Source: Longimicrobiales bacterium
Lineage (GTDB): Bacteria > Gemmatimonadota > Gemmatimonadetes > Longimicrobiales > Gaopeijiaceae
Length of the DNA: 64,000 bases
NCBI GenBank assembly: GCA_965116905.1
Contig: OZ220732.1
Span: forward strand, 2,752,001 to 2,816,000
Direction: 5' to 3'
Translations under genes and position numbers: made by a program
Part shown: one piece after another, positions 61,411 to 64,000 of the stretch
Layout: each line of letters starts with the position of its first letter
Numbering within the stretch: the stretch's first letter is position 1
The notes under the pieces: model-generated
The model's database searches: none
The model's input: the letters and a program-made list of their open reading frames with translations, nothing else
Told to the model about the DNA's origin: nothing

Positions 61411-61565
61411 ACCGAATTCGCGCGGACCCATGCGGGCGGCCGGTCCCCGCGATTGACCGTCCAAAATCGGCCCGGTTACCTTCGAATGTCCGCGCTCGGA
61501 GCCCCGCCAACCGGCCCCATGGCACTCGAGCGGCACCGCATCCCAACACCCGGGCGTCGCGATCG

Positions 61566-63374
61566 GTGAGAACCGACCTCATCCGCAACTTCTGCATCAT
61601 CGCTCACATCGATCACGGCAAATCCACGCTGGCGGACAGGCTCCTGGAAGCGACCGCCACGCTCGATAGCCGTCAGATGCGCGAGCAGGTGCTCGACTCC
61701 AACGAGCTCGAACGGGAACGCGGCATCACCATAAAGCTCCACGCCGTGCGCATGTCGTATCGGGCGAAGGACGGCCGGGAACTGCAGTTCAACCTGATCG
61801 ACACACCCGGCCACGTGGACTTCACCTACGAGGTGTCGCGCTCCCTGGCCGCCTGCGAGGGAGCGATCCTGGTCGTCGATGCCACGCAGGGCGTCCAGGC
61901 GCAAACCCTGTCCAATCTCTTCCTGGCCCTGGACGCCGACCTCGAGATCGTGCCGGTCCTCAACAAGATCGACCTTCCGGGTGCGGAACCGGAGCGCCGG
62001 CGCCGGGAAGTCGCCGAGCTGATGGGAATCGACCCCGAGCTGGTGCTCGCTGTTTCGGCGAAAGAGGGAACGGGCATCGAGGAGGTGCTGGAGGCCGTCG
62101 TCGAGAGAGTGCCCGCGCCCGGCGGTGACCCCGACGCCCCGCTTCGGGCGCTGATCTTCGATTCGTACTACGACCAGTACCTCGGTGCCGTTCCCACAAT
62201 CCGGGTCTTCGACGGTACGCTGCGGCCGGGGATGCCCATTGCCTTCGGCGCGGTCGACTCGTCCTACGAGGTGACGGAGGTGGGCCACCTTTGCCTGGGT
62301 CGTGTCCCGTCGCAGGCGATCGGACCGGGAGAGGTCGGATACCTCGTGGCGGCGATCAAGGCCGTGGCGGACACCCGAGTGGGAGACACCGTGCTCGATG
62401 CGGCGAATCCCGCCGGGGAACTGCTCCCCGGCTACCAGGAAGCCAGGCCGATGGTGTTCGCGGGCCTCTATCCCTCGGATGCCGACGACTACGAGGAGCT
62501 CAGGGAGTCGCTTCGCCGCCTTCAGCTCAACGACGCCTCGCTGCAGTTCGAACCCGAGACCTCCCGGGCGTTGGGCTTCGGCTTCCGCTGCGGCTTTCTC
62601 GGGCTGCTGCACCTGGAGATCGTGCAGGAGCGGCTGGACCGCGAATTCGGAGTCAAGCTGGTCACCACGGTACCGAATGTGAAGTACCGGGTGTCCATGG
62701 CGGACGGATCGGTGCTGTCGATCGAGAACCCTACGGATCTTCCGGACCGCGTGCTTGTGGACTCGGTCGCGGAGCCCGTGGTCCGGGCGCACATCGTGAC
62801 CCCGTCGGCCTTCATCGGCAACGTGCAGAAGCTGTGCCACGAGCGCAGGGGGCTGTTCAAGGGGATGAGCTACCTGGATCCCCGCCGGGTGGAGATGGAC
62901 TTCGAGCTTCCGCTGGCCGAGATCGTTCTCGACTTCTATGGCCGTCTGAAGGGCGGCACCAAGGGCTACGCGGCGCTGGACTACGAGTTCCAGGAGTACC
63001 GGGCGGGGGACCTGGTCAAGCTCGACATCCTGGTCAACCGTGAACCGGTCGACGCCTTTTCGGTGATCCTCCACCGCGACAACGCGTACCGCCACGGCAA
63101 TCTGCTGGTCCGCAAACTCAAGGAACTGATCCCGCGGCAGCAGTTCGAGGTGGCCCTGCAGGCCGCGATCGGAGGCCAGGTCATCGCCCGGCAAACCGTG
63201 AAGGCGGTCCGCAAGAACGTGACGGCCAAGTGCTACGGAGGCGACATCACGCGCAAGCGCAAACTCCTGGAGCGCCAGCGCGAGGGCAAGAAGCGGATGA
63301 AGCAGGTCGGTGCGGTGGAGATACCGCAGGAGGCCTTCATGGCCGTCCTGCAGCTGGACGACGACCGGTCGTGA
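61566..63374 (+). CDS. lepA: translation elongation factor 4
   Basis: [71 protein letters not shown] start. Confidence 0.97.
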   Translation: MRTDLIRNFCIIAHIDHGKSTLADRLLEATATLDSRQMREQVLDSNELERERGITIKLHAVRMSYRAKDGRELQFNLIDTPGHVDFTYEVSRSLAACEGAILVVDATQGVQAQTLSNLFLALDADLEIVPVLNKIDLPGAEPERRRREVAELMGIDPELVLAVSAKEGTGIEEVLEAVVERVPAPGGDPDAPLRALIFDSYYDQYLGAVPTIRVFDGTLRPGMPIAFGAVDSSYEVTEVGHLCLGRVPSQAIGPGEVGYLVAAIKAVADTRVGDTVLDAANPAGELLPGYQEARPMVFAGLYPSDADDYEELRESLRRLQLNDASLQFEPETSRALGFGFRCGFLGLLHLEIVQERLDREFGVKLVTTVPNVKYRVSMADGSVLSIENPTDLPDRVLVDSVAEPVVRAHIVTPSAFIGNVQKLCHERRGLFKGMSYLDPRRVEMDFELPLAEIVLDFYGRLKGGTKGYAALDYEFQEYRAGDLVKLDILVNREPVDAFSVILHRDNAYRHGNLLVRKLKELIPRQQFEVALQAAIGGQVIARQTVKAVRKNVTAKCYGGDITRKRKLLERQREGKKRMKQVGAVEIPQEAFMAVLQLDDDRS

Positions 63375-64000
63375 GGGGCGAGCGGCCGCGCTGGGTCGTA
63401 GGGGTGGACATCGGAGGCACCAACCTGCGCGTCGGCAGCGTTCCCGCCGGCAGCGTCCCCGTCGGCAGCGTTCCCGTCGATAGCGGGGCACCACCACGGA
63501 TCCGGCGCTGCGCCACGAGGCCGGCGCTCGGCCCGGACCATGTGCTCGACCGTATCGTCGCGATGATTCGTGAAACGGTGGCCGAAGTGGGACGGGGTCG
63601 CGTGGCGGGCATCGGTCTGGGCGCACCGGGACCGCTGGATACCGAGTCGGGTGTCGTGGCGGAGACCCCCAATCTCGGGTGGCGGGACTTTCCCCTGCGA
63701 GATCTCGTCGCCGAAGCCTGCGGACTGCCGGCGACCCTGGAGAACGACGCCAACTGCTTTGCCTATGGCGAGTGGTGGAAGGGCGCGGGACGAGGCTGCA
63801 GACACCTTGTGGGCATCACGCTCGGCACCGGAATCGGCGGCGGCGTCGTGATCGACGGCGAGATCCATCACGGCGCTGCCGGTGGCGCCGGCGAGGTGGG
63901 CCACATGTCGGTGGACTTCCGCGGCAGACCCTGCGCGTGTGGCTCCCGGGGGTGCGTCGAGGCGTACGCGTCGGGACCTGCAATCGCGTCGCGGGCGGTC
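63371..64000 (+). CDS. ROK family sugar kinase (glucokinase-like), truncated by window edge
   Basis: GTG overlapping lepA stop; [51 protein letters not shown]. Confidence 0.92.
   Translation, partial: MRGERPRWVVGVDIGGTNLRVGSVPAGSVPVGSVPVDSGAPPRIRRCATRPALGPDHVLDRIVAMIRETVAEVGRGRVAGIGLGAPGPLDTESGVVAETPNLGWRDFPLRDLVAEACGLPATLENDANCFAYGEWWKGAGRGCRHLVGITLGTGIGGGVVIDGEIHHGAAGGAGEVGHMSVDFRGRPCACGSRGCVEAYASGPAIASRAV
63431..63475 (+). repeat. 15-bp in-frame triplication ([15 protein letters not shown]) in ROK kinase
   Basis: gtcggcagcgttccc / gccggcagcgtcccc / gtcggcagcgttccc. Confidence 0.88.

Overview
High-GC bacterial chromosomal segment. Gene content and order (mfd-PPIase-surA-pdxA, nfeD-floA, secreted S9 peptidases, a TonB receptor with an N-terminal carboxypeptidase-like domain) are consistent with a Gemmatimonadota-like diderm; that assignment is an inference. 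Most of the window is housekeeping: an acyl-CoA/aromatic ring-cleavage-type operon running off the left edge, nfeD-floA, acnA, tRNA-Leu(CAA), gltA, pdp, PBP1A, aroB, mpg, etfBA, moeA/moaC, a Fur/PerR regulator, acs, guaB, holB, pdxA, surA, mfd, DUF58-BatA, lepA and a ROK kinase running off the right edge. The most striking element is a compact six-gene minus-strand cassette (43839-47738) between pdxA and holB. In order it encodes a CxxS thioredoxin-fold protein, a beta-propeller lipoprotein, a 68-aa Sec-type peptide with eight cysteines (CC-x8-CC-x2-CC-x5-C-x5-C), a polytopic membrane protein, a zinc anti-sigma factor and an ECF sigma factor, preceded by an ECF-like promoter. It is a candidate undescribed disulfide-rich peptide export/signalling system. 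Other points of note: an adenylate-forming enzyme with substituted catalytic motifs, an NYN-LOTUS-HhH fusion, a single-domain BoxC-like crotonase, a probable CTG start for pdxA, and many short tandem duplications, four of which overlap stop codons of convergent genes. No CRISPR array, rRNA, transposase or integrase was seen. All family calls come from motif recognition by eye, not database searches.
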